From Trypanosoma brucei (taxonomy: Eukaryota), in contig CP000069.1 of NCBI GenBank assembly GCA_000002445.1, positions 1,554,916 through 1,618,915 of the forward strand: 64,000 nt of DNA, in the 5' to 3' direction. A program made the position numbers and the translations under genes. Positions 48,579 through 61,166 of this stretch are shown in pieces; position 1 is the stretch's first letter; the number at the start of each line of letters is the position of its first letter. A model generated the notes under the pieces. That model was given only the letters and a program-made list of their open reading frames with translations, was not told the origin of the DNA and ran no database searches.

Positions 48579-50087
48579 CTACAAACTCACAAAAGCAGCA
48601 GCCATCAGATAAATTTTCTTAGTTACAAGAAAACTGGAAGAGCGGCATCCAGGAGTTACCGGACCAGTGTCTTCGACATAAGTAATCAATTCACAAAAGG
48701 CTTTCTTTCCTGTTGGAATTGTTCCAGTTATTTTGGCGCAATCCTCATGGGTCTGTGTGGCAGAGCATTTGTTTTCTGAAGCTGCTCCTAGTTTGATTTC
48801 TACCTTCCCTTTCTTTTTGTGCGTGCAAGTCTCTTTTTCCTTATCCCATTCGCAATCTCCTGTGCATTCAGTTCCCTTTTTTCCACTGCATTGTTTTTCT
48901 GCCGATTGATCGTCACCAGAAGCCGCTTGTCGTGCTTGTGCTTCGGCAGCTATTTGTTTGACGAGGCCTCTAGCTGTGGCCTCACCGACTGCTGTTAGTG
49001 TTTCTAGGTTTTCTATTTTTGTTGCTTGCTCTTTCTTCTGATCGCCGAGGTAAGCTGGCGTTCTTTCAATTGCCTTCCAAAGTTACTCCTCAAATTTTGT
49101 GCCTTCGGTACCGTAGTATTTTGTTATTGCTGTCGTTAATTCTGGGGCTTTTGACTCTTGGCCCTCTTCCGCTTCTGTTTTGCCGATAAGTGCTTTTGTT
49201 ACCATCGAATTGAATTTGCTGTTGGCTGCGATGGTTGCGAAGTCGCGAATTCTTTTGGTACATGCGGGCGCTGGATTGGTGTTTTTTAATCCTTTTATCG
49301 CTGTATTGGCTTCTGTATTTAGGTTGCCGATGAAGTCTACCTCTGCGGCCGATATCGCTTTTGCGCTGGCTGTATCTGTTAGCCAGGTGGCCTTAGCGTC
49401 TGTTGGAGATCCATCATAGATCAGTTTTACTTCGAATTTTCCGTTCTGTTGTAGGTTGCTTGTGGCCTGGCATCCGTTTCTGACTGTTCCGTCCCGCTGA
49501 CATCGTGCCTGCACATGTGCGTGCGTTATGACTTTGGCTGTCGCCTTCTCGTTGTCGATGTTCGTTTTGTCGATTGTCGCCGCATCCAGGGTGTTAAGGT
49601 CGTCTGCGCAACCCTTTTTGTTGATGTTTCCTAGGTTAGCTTTGGGTACTTCCTTGGCGGTGTTGATGTTGGTGTCGTCTTGTATGTGCAGCTGCAGTTC
49701 GCCGTTGCCCTCTTTTAGCTTCTGTTGCACGTCGTATAGTGCACGCAGTTCGGCCACATTTTTTTCTGCATCGAGAATTGCCGGTCTTGCTGTCGTTAAC
49801 GCTTCTTCGCAGTCGTTGATGATCTCTGCTGCCGACAGCAGTACTGGTGCTAATTTTGTCCTTAGGTTGCTGCTTCCTAGGACGGCCGCTGCGATGAGCT
49901 TGCCGAAGTCTTTTTTGTTTTCTTTTAGGTTTGCTTCGGCTTCCGAGTAATCGCCTCTGTAGACGTCTATTTGTTTTTCAAGTCTTTCCCAGCAGCCGCA
50001 GTTTGTGCTACAGGCTGTTGCATCGGGTGTCGCGGCCGTGGTGGCTACCGCTACCGCCAGTAGAGCGATTATCGCGTTATTGCACAT
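48579..50087 (-). pseudogene. VSG: VSG with a 334-aa N-terminal-domain ORF (49083-50087). The C-terminal domain and GPI signal are in shifted frames.
   Basis: The signal-like region reads 'MCNNAIIALLAVAVATTAATPDATACS...'. The tail in another frame reads '...CRSSSFLVTKKIYLMAAAFVSL*'. Confidence 0.8.
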
Positions 50088-51714
50088 TCAGAGTTTTTTG
50101 GCAGTCGTAAACTTCGAGTTCTAACGAGTTGGTGACGAATCTTGCTAGATTGAAGTGTGGTAAAACTTTTTAGCCAATTACCAGTGTTCAGAGCTACTAC
50201 ACAGCAGAGATTGCACAAAGAAAGCTTTAGAATCTGGTTGTCTGGCTTTGCCGCCGGTGTGACACAATAGACTGCATTAGAACTTAACCGGTGTTTCGGC
50301 GTTAGTTCGAAGCTTTGAGCAACTTCTAAATAAAAATCTTTGATCCAAACTGATAAACCGCTGCCGTGGTTGATGTTGCGCCCCCGCCAATATAACTCTA
50401 TGTCAGGTGCACCGTTTGGGGCTGGTGACGCGTTGGCCTTTTAAAATTAGTGAATAACTAAAAAAAACGTAGCGGCCTAGCAGCGTCATGATGAAATTTT
50501 TTACCGAACTTTGCAATACCCAAAAGAAGGGCTCACTTAGCTATATAATGTATTTTGTTGAACTCACGCTTTTAAAGGGATATTTTGCCAATTTTGATTT
50601 TTTGAACATTCCCGACACATACTGCAAAAATATAAATTTTTGACTTCCCACAGAATTCTTTATAACGGTATATCCAGTTGATTTTGCATTGATGGAGATA
50701 AGTGACAGGTACGTTATGAAATGTGTATTATCATTTTAAATGATAGGGTTTCTCATATTTTCGATTCATGAAAATGTTGGTTTTACCATATAAACCCATG
50801 AAAATTATAATAAAATTTAAAGGCTAACTTTGTGTTTTGACACGTTGCCACTTTGAAATCCAATTTATTTAGTTTTGTATCTTGTGGATCTATCCATTTG
50901 AACGATGGGGTCTTCCAATCTTTGAAATGGAGTTCTTTTTTCTATACCTGAAAGTTCAGATCTCATGGTTTCTAATCTGCTTTATTTGCTGCTAATACCT
51001 TTGCCGTACCGCCAGCTTCAGTAGTGATGTAACATTTTCGGTTTTTTCGTATGCACGACACTTTTCTGTCTGGTGCAAAAGCTGTCTGGTTTCATGTTAC
51101 TTTCATTTTTGACTTGGTAATGTTGCTCAGATATGTAATCTATATTTCTTCTGATCACCCTTTATTCGTTACAGTAAAGCTTCTTAAGTTCTCATCCTTA
51201 TGTAAATTACCCGGCCCGCTAGTGCTTTCAATTTGATATTTATATACCAATATGAAATTAATTGAGTTTTATTACAGGCTTTTTATACTTGAGAATCAAC
51301 ATCTAACTCATCGTATATGTAATAATTTAAGTAGTTTGTGTTATACTATTTCTCTTTTTCTGTTCAATGTAATTCATGAGTAGTCCAATTTTCAAAATCT
51401 TTTTCCCAATAAAATTATATATTTTCTCATAGTTCTATCCACTATCATTATACCTGATCAGAAAAAAAATTGGAATTGCTTCACGCTTCACCATTCTCTC
51501 TATGCTTTTTCGCAGCTGCATATTAGTATTCACCATCACATTAAACATTACAGTCTCAATCAATTAAGCAAATTCTGCGCCTATCCATTTTTTAGTGAAA
51601 TATGGGAAAGATCTGTTGCTCATCCTCTCGCTCTCCCACCAACTAATATACTTGCATTGAAACATCTACACACTTTCTAGTTTTCCTATTTTGTCCAAAA
51701 TTTAGTCTTCACCA

Positions 51715-52265
<551 letters not shown>

Positions 52266-52554
52266 TATTGTACTACTACTATTGCAACATCAATCAATAT
52301 TCATAAAGAACCATAATAACAATTTCTCATATTATCACCTATCTTTTATATCTTATCACCCTCCTGCATTACACCCATATTCCACGATCATAAATATTGA
52401 CTTAAAATTAAAATTATTCACCTTTTAACTAATTTTCACGTTTTCATCAAGAAGCGTTAAAAAATATACGGTATTTTAGAAATTTTACAGAAGTCTCCGA
52501 AAGTAAAATTTTTTATTAATTTCATAAAATTAACTGATACTCTTAAAAGTTTGA

Positions 52555-54068
52555 TTATAGAGTCAAAACTCCAAGCAAAAGAGAAACCTTTTGAATGACA
52601 AAATAATTGCTTCCTGTGGTGTTTGTTTTACCATCTGTCCCTGTTGTTGTGGTCACTTTAGCTTGGCACTTTTCTTCTTTGAATTCACACCCATCTTCAT
52701 CTTTGCACTCACCCTGCGGTTTACCCTTGCAATTTTCTTCTATTTATTTTGATCCGCTGTTACTGTGGGTTCACGTTTCTTTTGTGTTTCAACCTTTCTA
52801 GTGTTTCTTATTCCCTCGACATCGCTTAGCGCCGCTGTTGCTTCTTCTGTTGTTATTCTGTTTTCTCCTTTCTTTTCTGTTTGGCTGGCGGTGCGGACAC
52901 TTGCCTTCATTGTACTTAGTGGTGTTTGAATACTTTCTGGGAATTTGTTTGCGTCAGTGCCATATCCTGATCTAATGAACTCGATGACCACTGCCTTGTT
53001 GTGTTCGGCATTATTGTTGTCTTTGACACCCTGCAGTGCTGGCATGCAGTTTCGCACATCCACCCGTAGTTTCTCATCGTCTTTTAGTGCCCCTCCGCTT
53101 AGACCTGTAGGTGTATTAACCGTGATTGAGTGTGCTTTCAGGGCTTTGCACAGGTGGTGCTGCAGGTTTTTGTTGTCGTCGAGTTCAGCGTGTTCCGTTA
53201 AAGGTGGCTGCTGGCATTCTTTGTCGGGGTCGTGTTGCTTAAATAGAGCTGTGGATGTGTCTGTATATTCTGGTTTGCTGTCTGCTTGGGCACCTGTTAA
53301 GGTCTTACTGCCTTTCCCGGTGCAGCCGTTTATGGCTGTCGTGAAGGTTGAGCTATAGCCCGCTGCGCTGCTGCAGGAGGTTAGAGTACCTAGCGTTATG
53401 TGTTGCTTGAAGAGATTTTTGATTAGTTGTTTTCTGTCTGTTAGTTTGATTTCTTTTAGCTTATGTGGCTTGATTGCCGGGTGTTGGGGGCTTATCTGTG
53501 ATAGCTTCGTCACTTTGTCGCACAGTTCCGTTGTCCCGCTTTCTGTTTCGAGCTGTATTCGGCTGCTGCTGCTGCTGCTGCCGCCGTTGCCGTGCACGTT
53601 TCCTGTGTCGAGTTTTAGCGTCGTTTTTGCCAGTGCCGTTGTCGCTTTTAGGACACCTATGTGCTCCGAAATCGCTAGCATTGCTGCCTCCACGTCGTTA
53701 TTTGCCTGCCTCACTCGTGCCTTCTGTTCTTGGTGGAGTCTTCGGAACTTGTGGTGGAGCGCCATGTAGAGACAGCGCTTGTCCATGGTGTCTGCAATCC
53801 CGGCTGCTATTTTATATTGCTGCGCATCTGAGCTTATCTGTTCGATGTTCGTGGTCCTTTGTTCATTCCCTTGTTTGAGCAACTTGACCAGCTCCTTTAG
53901 GTTAAGCTGCTCGTGGAATACCGACTTAAAAGAATCCGCTGACTCATTATTGGTTTCTATCGGTGAGGCATCGCTTCCGGTAAAGGTTACCAGCAAAAAC
54001 AGCAACACTGCGGTGCACCGCGTTGGTTGTCTGGTGGTCGTCTTTTCGACCCGAACGCACTTCATCAT
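52555..54068 (-). pseudogene. VSG: VSG with a 442-aa ORF (52740-54068). A stop plus a +1 frameshift separate it from a type-1-like C-terminal domain and GPI signal.
   Basis: The N-terminal region reads 'MMKCVRVEKTTTRQPTRCTAVLLFLLVTFTGSDAS...'. The C-terminal region reads '...ADQNK*' then 'EENCKGKPQGECKDEDGCEFKEEKCQAKVTTTTGTDGKTNTTGSNYFVIQKVSLLLGVLTL*'. Confidence 0.8.
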
Positions 54069-55059
54069 TTTACTTTGTTTCGACTAATACTTGGAGTCCA
54101 GTTGATTTTAGGAGGTTTTCACGTTTTCTGTTATATTTATCCTCTTGCATATAGCCTCATATGACATGCTTGACATGTGAATCATGTATGAGTGGTGTTA
54201 GTAATCATGTTGTAGTTTGTCGTTAGAGACTCTTTTTCTCCTTTGCTTGTTAGGTTAATGATCACCTTCAAATTTCTTTTGCACTGTAGACGCGGCTGTG
54301 CCGCACAACCTTAGCTTTCTGTATATTTACATGGCTGTTGGTCGCGAAGTCCGTTTAGTTTTAATATTTAGTAAATGTGTTATTTTAAGTCAAAACAGCC
54401 ACTTTCTTGAAGCCATTTCATTGAACCTTGTTTCATTATTTTGGACTACTTCCATAGTTAAGGCGGCCTTGGTCCTGTTTCAGTTAGTGTTACCATTTCT
54501 ATTTCCTGATTTTAACGTGCAAAATAGGATGCTTACATTGATTAATTTGCTTAACATTTGACGCAAATACTCTTTAACTATTACATCGTTACGCAACTCT
54601 TTCCCTGTTACCTTTCTTTCCCTCAGTGCTCCTCGGTCTCATGCCTCTAATATCTTATATTTATTGTTCTTTGCGCTTGATAATCCCATACGTTTACTCA
54701 TCAACAGTGTTAAAGCATTATTTCACGATGCACCAGCTCTGTTACTACTTGTAGTTTAGATCTTTTCCATATTACTGTAAAGATACCTAACCTCTATGCT
54801 TTCTGCGCTTCTGATCTCCGTTTATGGGTGACTTAGCTTTGTTTCACAGAGTTTCACCTTTCCACTGAATTATCGTTGAGAATTGCTGTTTTATACCGCT
54901 GATCTTTATGATACAGTAATGCTTCTCCATAACAGAGTTATTTCCGATACATATATTTTTCATGCGCAGAGTGATTTCGAAACGCAATCTAACTGCTTAT
55001 GTTTTCTCCATTACAACCTGTTAGTTCGGTCTTTGCATCACTGTTTTTACAATGATGAT

Positions 55060-55115
55060 ACACAGTCACAACACTCTCCAACAATTGTTATTGCTATTGC
55101 TATTACTAATAGCAA
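55060..55115 (-). repeat. 70-bp repeat unit, degenerate.
   Basis: The sequence reads 'gatgatacacagtcacaacactctccaacaattgttattgctattgctattactaatag'. Confidence 0.6.
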
Positions 55116-55813
55116 AATAAACCAAATAAGAAAATTTCATAATGGCACTCATTTTTCATACACTTTCAGCCTAATACGTTACAACTATAGAACACGTTTA
55201 TACACATTTTTATAAATCTATGTTTTAACTATTTTCACTAATTTGCAGATTTTAATTAAAAATTGTTAAAATATACTAAAATGTAGCAAAATGGGAAATT
55301 ATATAAATTTCATAAAATTGAACAAAAATCCTCATAATTTTAGAATTTTAAAATGCCACAAAACTTACAAAAGTAGCAGCTATAAGAGATAATTTATTAT
55401 TGACGGAGAGACTATTATTCCGACACCTAAGCTTGTCCTTATCATTGTCACCTTCGCCTCCTTTTTTCCATCCACAATGCTTTTCACCATCCTTGTTTGC
55501 TTCCTCACAAACTCTCTGGGTTGTATGCTTACTGCAATATACACTGGTATTTGGCCCTCCAGCTTCTTTGTTTGCTTTTTCGAGCTCAGCTTTTACCTTT
55601 TTTTTCAACTCTCACTTTTTGCCAGTTTCGCCATCGGTATTAAAAACGCACTAATTTTTTCTAGTTTTTTACAAGCGCATTCGCTGTCCCATGCTTTATT
55701 GCATTCTTCCTATACTTTTCCTGCATTTTTCTTGTTCGTTTGGTAGCTCAGCATATTGAGTTCTTCGGTATTCACTGATAATTTTTCCTGATTTGTGTTT
55801 GATAATAAAAGAG

Positions 55814-55822
55814 GGCTGAGTT
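55814..55822. repeat. IS10 target-site duplication, left copy (GGCTGAGTT).
   Basis: This 9 bp is identical to 57152-57160 and directly flanks the IS10 termini. It fits the IS10 hotspot consensus NGCTNAGCN in 8 of 9 positions. Confidence 0.95.
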
Positions 55823-57151
55823 CTGATGAATCCCCTAATGATTTTGGTAAAAATCATTAAGTTAAGGTGGATACACATCTTGTCATATGATCAAATGGTT
55901 TCGCGAAAAATCAATAATCAGACAACAAGATGTGCGAACTCGATATTTTACACGACTCTCTTTACCAATTCTGCCCCGAATTACACTTAAAACGACTCAA
56001 CAGCTTAACGTTGGCTTGCCACGCATTACTTGACTGTAAAACTCTCACTCTTACCGAACTTGGCCGTAACCTGCCAACCAAAGCGAGAACAAAACATAAC
56101 ATCAAACGAATCGACCGATTGTTAGGTAATCGTCACCTCCACAAAGAGCGACTCGCTGTATACCGTTGGCATGCTAGCTTTATCTGTTCGGGCAATACGA
56201 TGCCCATTGTACTTGTTGACTGGTCTGATATTCGTGAGCAAAAACGACTTATGGTATTGCGAGCTTCAGTCGCACTACACGGTCGTTCTGTTACTCTTTA
56301 TGAGAAAGCGTTCCCGCTTTCAGAGCAATGTTCAAAGAAAGCTCATGACCAATTTCTAGCCGACCTTGCGAGCATTCTACCGAGTAACACCACACCGCTC
56401 ATTGTCAGTGATGCTGGCTTTAAAGTGCCATGGTATAAATCCGTTGAGAAGCTGGGTTGGTACTGGTTAAGTCGAGTAAGAGGAAAAGTACAATATGCAG
56501 ACCTAGGAGCGGAAAACTGGAAACCTATCAGCAACTTACATGATATGTCATCTAGTCACTCAAAGACTTTAGGCTATAAGAGGCTGACTAAAAGCAATCC
56601 AATCTCATGCCAAATTCTATTGTATAAATCTCGCTCTAAAGGCCGAAAAAATCAGCGCTCGACACGGACTCATTGTCACCACCCGTCACCTAAAATCTAC
56701 TCAGCGTCGGCAAAGGAGCCATGGGTTCTAGCAACTAACTTACCTGTTGAAATTCGAACACCCAAACAACTTGTTAATATCTATTCGAAGCGAATGCAGA
56801 TTGAAGAAACCTTCCGAGACTTGAAAAGTCCTGCCTACGGACTAGGCCTACGCCATAGCCGAACGAGCAGCTCAGAGCGTTTTGATATCATGCTGCTAAT
56901 CGCCCTGATGCTTCAACTAACATGTTGGCTTGCGGGCGTTCATGCTCAGAAACAAGGTTGGGACAAGCACTTCCAGGCTAACACAGTCAGAAATCGAAAC
57001 GTACTCTCAACAGTTCGCTTAGGCATGGAAGTTTTGCGGCATTCTGGCTACACAATAACAAGGGAAGACTTACTCGTGGCTGCAACCCTACTAGCTCAAA
57101 ATTTATTCACACATGGTTACGCTTTGGGGAAATTATGAGGGGATCTCTCAG
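55823..57151 (+). mobile_element. IS10: Complete bacterial insertion sequence IS10 (Tn10-type, IS4 family), 1329 bp, inserted into trypanosome VSG DNA. It is almost certainly an E. coli cloning-host artefact.
   Basis: The outside end reads 'CTGATGAATCCCCTAATGATTTTGGTAAAAATCATTAAG...'. The inside end reads '...GAAATTATGAGGGGATCTCTCAG'. The length is exactly 1329 bp. A 402-aa transposase ORF is present. A perfect 9-bp target-site duplication flanks the element. The Dam site GATC lies in the pIN region at ~55894. Confidence 0.97.
55930..57138 (+). CDS. tnpA: IS10 transposase (402 aa), intact.
   Basis: The ORF reads 'MCELDILHDSLYQFCPELHLKRLNSLTLACHALLDCKTLTLTELGRNLPTKARTKHNIKRIDRLLGNRHLHKERLAVYRWHASF...THGYALGKL' and matches the known IS10 Tnp sequence from memory. 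Its codon usage and composition differ from the surrounding VSG DNA. Confidence 0.97.
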   Translation: MCELDILHDSLYQFCPELHLKRLNSLTLACHALLDCKTLTLTELGRNLPTKARTKHNIKRIDRLLGNRHLHKERLAVYRWHASFICSGNTMPIVLVDWSDIREQKRLMVLRASVALHGRSVTLYEKAFPLSEQCSKKAHDQFLADLASILPSNTTPLIVSDAGFKVPWYKSVEKLGWYWLSRVRGKVQYADLGAENWKPISNLHDMSSSHSKTLGYKRLTKSNPISCQILLYKSRSKGRKNQRSTRTHCHHPSPKIYSASAKEPWVLATNLPVEIRTPKQLVNIYSKRMQIEETFRDLKSPAYGLGLRHSRTSSSERFDIMLLIALMLQLTCWLAGVHAQKQGWDKHFQANTVRNRNVLSTVRLGMEVLRHSGYTITREDLLVAATLLAQNLFTHGYALGKL

Positions 57152-57160
57152 GGCTGAGTT
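57152..57160. repeat. IS10 target-site duplication, right copy (GGCTGAGTT).
   Basis: Identical to 55814-55822. Confidence 0.95.
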
Positions 57161-59344
57161 CAGTTTCTTGAGATCGGTTATTGACTTTAGCGCCTTTGGT
57201 GTGAAGGCTCCTGTCGCTTCCGCCCGTATGTCTGTTTCTTCAATTTTTCCCCATAGCTGTTTGTGCCATCCGCTGCCTGTCTTGTTGCAGAGTTGTGTCG
57301 CTTCTTCGTCAACTGACGATGGACTTGTTTGGCGCAATACCTGTATGTAGTGCGGAATGTGCTTGCTAGTGATCAGCTCTTCATTTTTTTGGTTACCGTG
57401 CCTGTCGCATGCGCAGAAAGTTTCCGTTTCTAGTTGCTTCAGCTTAACCACAGCGAATTTGAGCTTTGACAAGATGTCACCGTCCTCGTCGCTGCCGTCG
57501 GCTTTCAATTGAGTCAGCGCAGCGCCTCTGCTAGTTATTTTCACTAGCCCGGTGGCTAACGTTAACTTGCTTGCCTGTGCGGCTCCGGATCCGTGTATCC
57601 AGTTGTCTCCGTCCGTCGCATCGGTTAGAGGACATGCTTTGGCACCGCTCTTTGTGTCTGAGCCCACTGTTGTTGCTTTTCCTTGTAGTGCGCTATGTAC
57701 TGGCTTTTTTGTTTTTGTGGAAGCTTCTATCTCCTCTTTTGGTCCTGTTAAACAGCCGTCCAGCAGTGTTTCCAGTTTGGATGTTTCTAGTGCCGTGTCT
57801 GCCGTACTTTCCGCTACACAGCCATGGCTTGTGTCCCTTTTGGATTGTTGGAACAAACGCCAGAAGCAGTGAATGTCGTCAGCGGCAAATTCTACTGTGG
57901 CGACGTAGTGAACGGCTTTGTTTAAGATACCTTTTTCCGTCGATTTGAGTTCGCCGACAGCGTCTGACATTGCTACTTCCAGAATTTTGCATGCTGTGTA
58001 TTGTTATATGTGTCCTGCTTGATGGCTTCGTAGATTTCGAGCTTTTTGGCTTTTTTTTGAACCTTAGAGTGAGCCGAGGCGGCGTCTTTAATTAACATGA
58101 GAGCAAGCTGTGGCGCTTTGCTTAGTTCCGCCTCCAACGTACATGTCGGCGCCCACACAGTCTACTCAATTGCCCCTTTCGATACCGCACCGATGACCGC
58201 TGTAGTCGCCAGTACGAAGGCGATGATAGTGGCTGCTACTGTCTTCTGCAGATTCATTTTTTTCTTTGTTTTAGGCACGGTTTACGGAACCGTTTTGGGT
58301 ATAGCTTAGAGGTTTGCGTCTAGTAAATCAGTTTATCAATTTATTTTCGAGTTTTTTCACCCATAAGAATTTTATAGGTGTCGTTAAGTGGATTGTTTAC
58401 CGTGTTATGTTGCGATATGCGACTGGAGACTTCTTGGATATGCTGTGTGCCATCGCATTGTTTTCCTTTTGAAACTGTCTCTTCCAACTATTTACTTAGC
58501 ACAACTGATTCGTCCTCGAAGTTGAAGCCCTTAATAGAGTTTAAAGGGCTCACTGCACAGCGAGCCCTTTAAACTCTGGTGTACTTTCTCAAATTCATTA
58601 CGTTGTTGGCTTGGTTAGGCATCTTCTAAATGCAACGGCGATGGGTTTAGTTGAGTTTTCAACTTTTAAAAAGGCACCTGTTGGTGTCGAAGAAAATTCC
58701 GCTTCTTAATCTATTCTGAACCTTTCTATATATATTCATGTGTAAAACATTTATCCTTCATTTATTTAATGGCTTCTATCAGCTGTTAATTTTCCGCCGG
58801 CGTTTCGGCTTGGAATAGAATGACAGTGCTGTTTATTCCCCTGACGACGTTCAACCTTTGTTCTTTGCTTATTCTCAGTAAGCAGGTTCTTGTAGTACCA
58901 TCGTTTAAGGCTGGGTACTTTTAATGCTTAAATCTCTTTTTGTTCTTCTTTCTTTTCACTGATACATTCTGTTAGTGATAACTCTGCGATTACCCTCATG
59001 TGAATTATGATTTTTTGAAAACTTTTATGGTTTTAGTTTTACACCAATACGGCAGTAGTGGTGTACTATCATCGACTCTCCTCACTCTATACATATCCTC
59101 CATCTACCCTACATGCACTAATTTAATCAATTACGCATTATTATTATTCTTCTTGTTTCCACAATAATCCGGTGGTAGTCTTAGTTTAAAAACTCCTTCT
59201 AGATAACATAGTACATTTTCCCACAAATGTTATCCATTTTCTATAAATATAATGAGAAAACTTAGGCATTATCTCATACTTCCTCACTTGCTCCTTCTTT
59301 ACTTTTACCTTTGTCTTTACTGCTTCTATTCTGTACATCCATTT

Positions 59345-59445
59345 AGTACACCACTATTATTATAATATTCGTATGTATACACACTCACAACACTCTCCTT
59401 TCAATACTATTATCATTTTTTTATTATTACTCTTATTATAATCCT
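59345..59445 (-). repeat. 70-bp repeat units, upstream of the IS10-interrupted VSG.
   Basis: The sequence reads 'ctattattataatattcgtatgtatacacactcacaacactctcctttcaatactattatcatttttttattattactcttattataatcc'. Confidence 0.8.
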
Positions 59446-59720
59446 AACTACTATACATAAGAAAATCACAAAATATTAACTCAATTAGAATAAAATTTAT
59501 TTTTCATACCATGAAACCATACCACATTACACAAATAGGCCACTTTAATAGACAATTCAGAAAAATCTCAATTTTTTATATTTGAAAACTCTCACTAATT
59601 TTCAAAAATTTTTGAAAACTGTTATTATGTATCAAATTTTAGTAAATATTAGAAAACTCTTTCAAAATAGCAAATCTCATAAATATGTATAAATTTAGCA
59701 AAAATCATTTATCTACTTAA

Positions 59721-61166
59721 CTATATAATCAAAAATGCAAGCAAAAAGAAAGAATTCATAATAAGGGAATTGCTTTCTGTGGTGTTTGTGGTTTTGCCAT
59801 CACTTCTCTCTTGGTTTTTTTTGTTCTTTTCTACCTTCTCTCAATTCACATTTTGGCACCTCTTTTCTTTTTTCATCATATTTGCATTTTTCGTCGACAA
59901 CACACGCTTTTTGATCTTTTTTCATTGCAAACTTGCTCTGGGGTTTTCTTTTCTTCTTTTTCCGCTTCTTCTGCCTGCATCAATATCGCTCTTAGTTTGG
60001 CGATCGTGTCGGAAAGATGCATTTCGTAATAGCTGAGAATAGTGCTTAACACGTTTTCATCTGTACTTTGGGACAGCTTCTGCTCCTTCGGGTTGCTGCC
60101 AACTCTTTCTGTGATCGTTTCCTCGTCGACTAGTTTAAGGGTATCGGTAATCTTGGCCTCATCGCCATCGCTGAGTAATTCCACAAGCTCCACTTTGCCG
60201 TCTTTGGTTTTTTGTTCCTCTTTACTCAGAAGAACGTCCTTGGTTATTTGCAGTAGATCCACTCTTTCCGTTGGTTTTCCGGTTGTGTTTTTGAAGTTTT
60301 CGGACAATTCGGTTTCTATGCCGTTCACTGCGTTTTAAAGATTGACGAAATATGCCGGCTTCCCGACGCCGCTGTTGCTGAGTTTTGTTAGGTCTTCCAG
60401 AGTTGCTGTTGTGTCTGACGTGGCTACCTTAACGTAGCCTCCTGCAAGCTTCAGCTCGTTTCCAAGTGCTTCTGTGCCATACTTTCCAGCGCAACCAGCT
60501 AGAATATGGCACGCTCGGTGCCGGAGGATTGCTTGTTTTCTCCGCTGTCGGTGCCCGAAAGCAAGTTTCCGAACCCTGTTTCAGTTAGTGCCGAGCTTTG
60601 CAGTTCTGTTGCGGCAACGGGTGATAGCTTTCGCCTGCATTTCGTACCGCTAATGTCATCCGTCCGTGCTGTCGCTATTGTTGTGTCCGTCTTTACGAGG
60701 CATCCTGCTGTTCTGCTGCCTTTGGCGCCGGCCATCATGTCGAGAAACTCGTCTAGGTTGCCTTTCAGATATGTTGCATGCACAAAGGTTTTTATGGCCT
60801 GCGGAAGGGCCGCGTCGTACAGGTGACTGATCGCTTTGCTTGTTTTTTGACTTAAATAGGCTCTCAGCAAGCTGACCTTTTTTGCTTCTTTGGTGCCGCT
60901 TTTTTCGCCATGTAAATCCCTGTGCGCAACTCTGCTGCTTTACTGTTTTGTATTGCTTTCAACTGGTCGCTGCTGCTTTTTATTGCTGCGCCTCCGTATG
61001 TGTCTAGTTCTTCGCTCAGCTCGCAGATGGGCTGCCAAGCCACTTTTAATAGTCCCATTCCAGCTGCAGCGTCGACATGTCGACAATTTAAGCAAGTTGA
61101 AACCAGTGAAAATAACAATGTTCGCAAGTAAAGACCGTAACGGTTTTTCATTGGTCTTTTAGCCAA
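59721..61166 (-). pseudogene. VSG: VSG pseudogene. N-terminal-domain ORFs 60864-61166, 60499-60870 and 59876-60328 are in shifted frames, followed by a type-1-like C-terminal domain and GPI signal.
   Basis: The N-terminal region reads '...LLKVAWQPICELSEELDTYGGAAIKSSSDQLKAIQN...' and is paralogous to the VSG at 21280-22817. The tail reads '...KTTNTTESNSLIMNSFFLLAFLII*'. Confidence 0.75.

Larger units (their letters stand above)
55348..58257 (-). pseudogene. VSG: VSG pseudogene interrupted by the IS10 insertion. Excluding IS10 it spans ~1.58 kb. The N-terminus has a stop after the signal peptide, and the C-terminal domain and GPI signal lie at 55348-55608.
   Basis: The minus-strand N-terminus at ~58257 reads 'MNLQKTVAATIIAFVLATTAVIGAVSKGAIE*'. 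The N-terminal-domain ORF 57107-57970 runs into IS10 at 57151. The C-terminus reads '...GEKHCGWKKGGEGDNDKDKLRCRNNSLSVNNKLSLIAATFVSFVAF*'. Confidence 0.75.

Noticed and set aside
55930-57138. The 402-aa transposase as a horizontally acquired trypanosome gene, or as a novel system.
   Set aside because: It is the E. coli IS10 transposase at apparently full identity and its target-site duplication is perfect. This is the hallmark of transposition from the cloning host into the insert, not of parasite biology.
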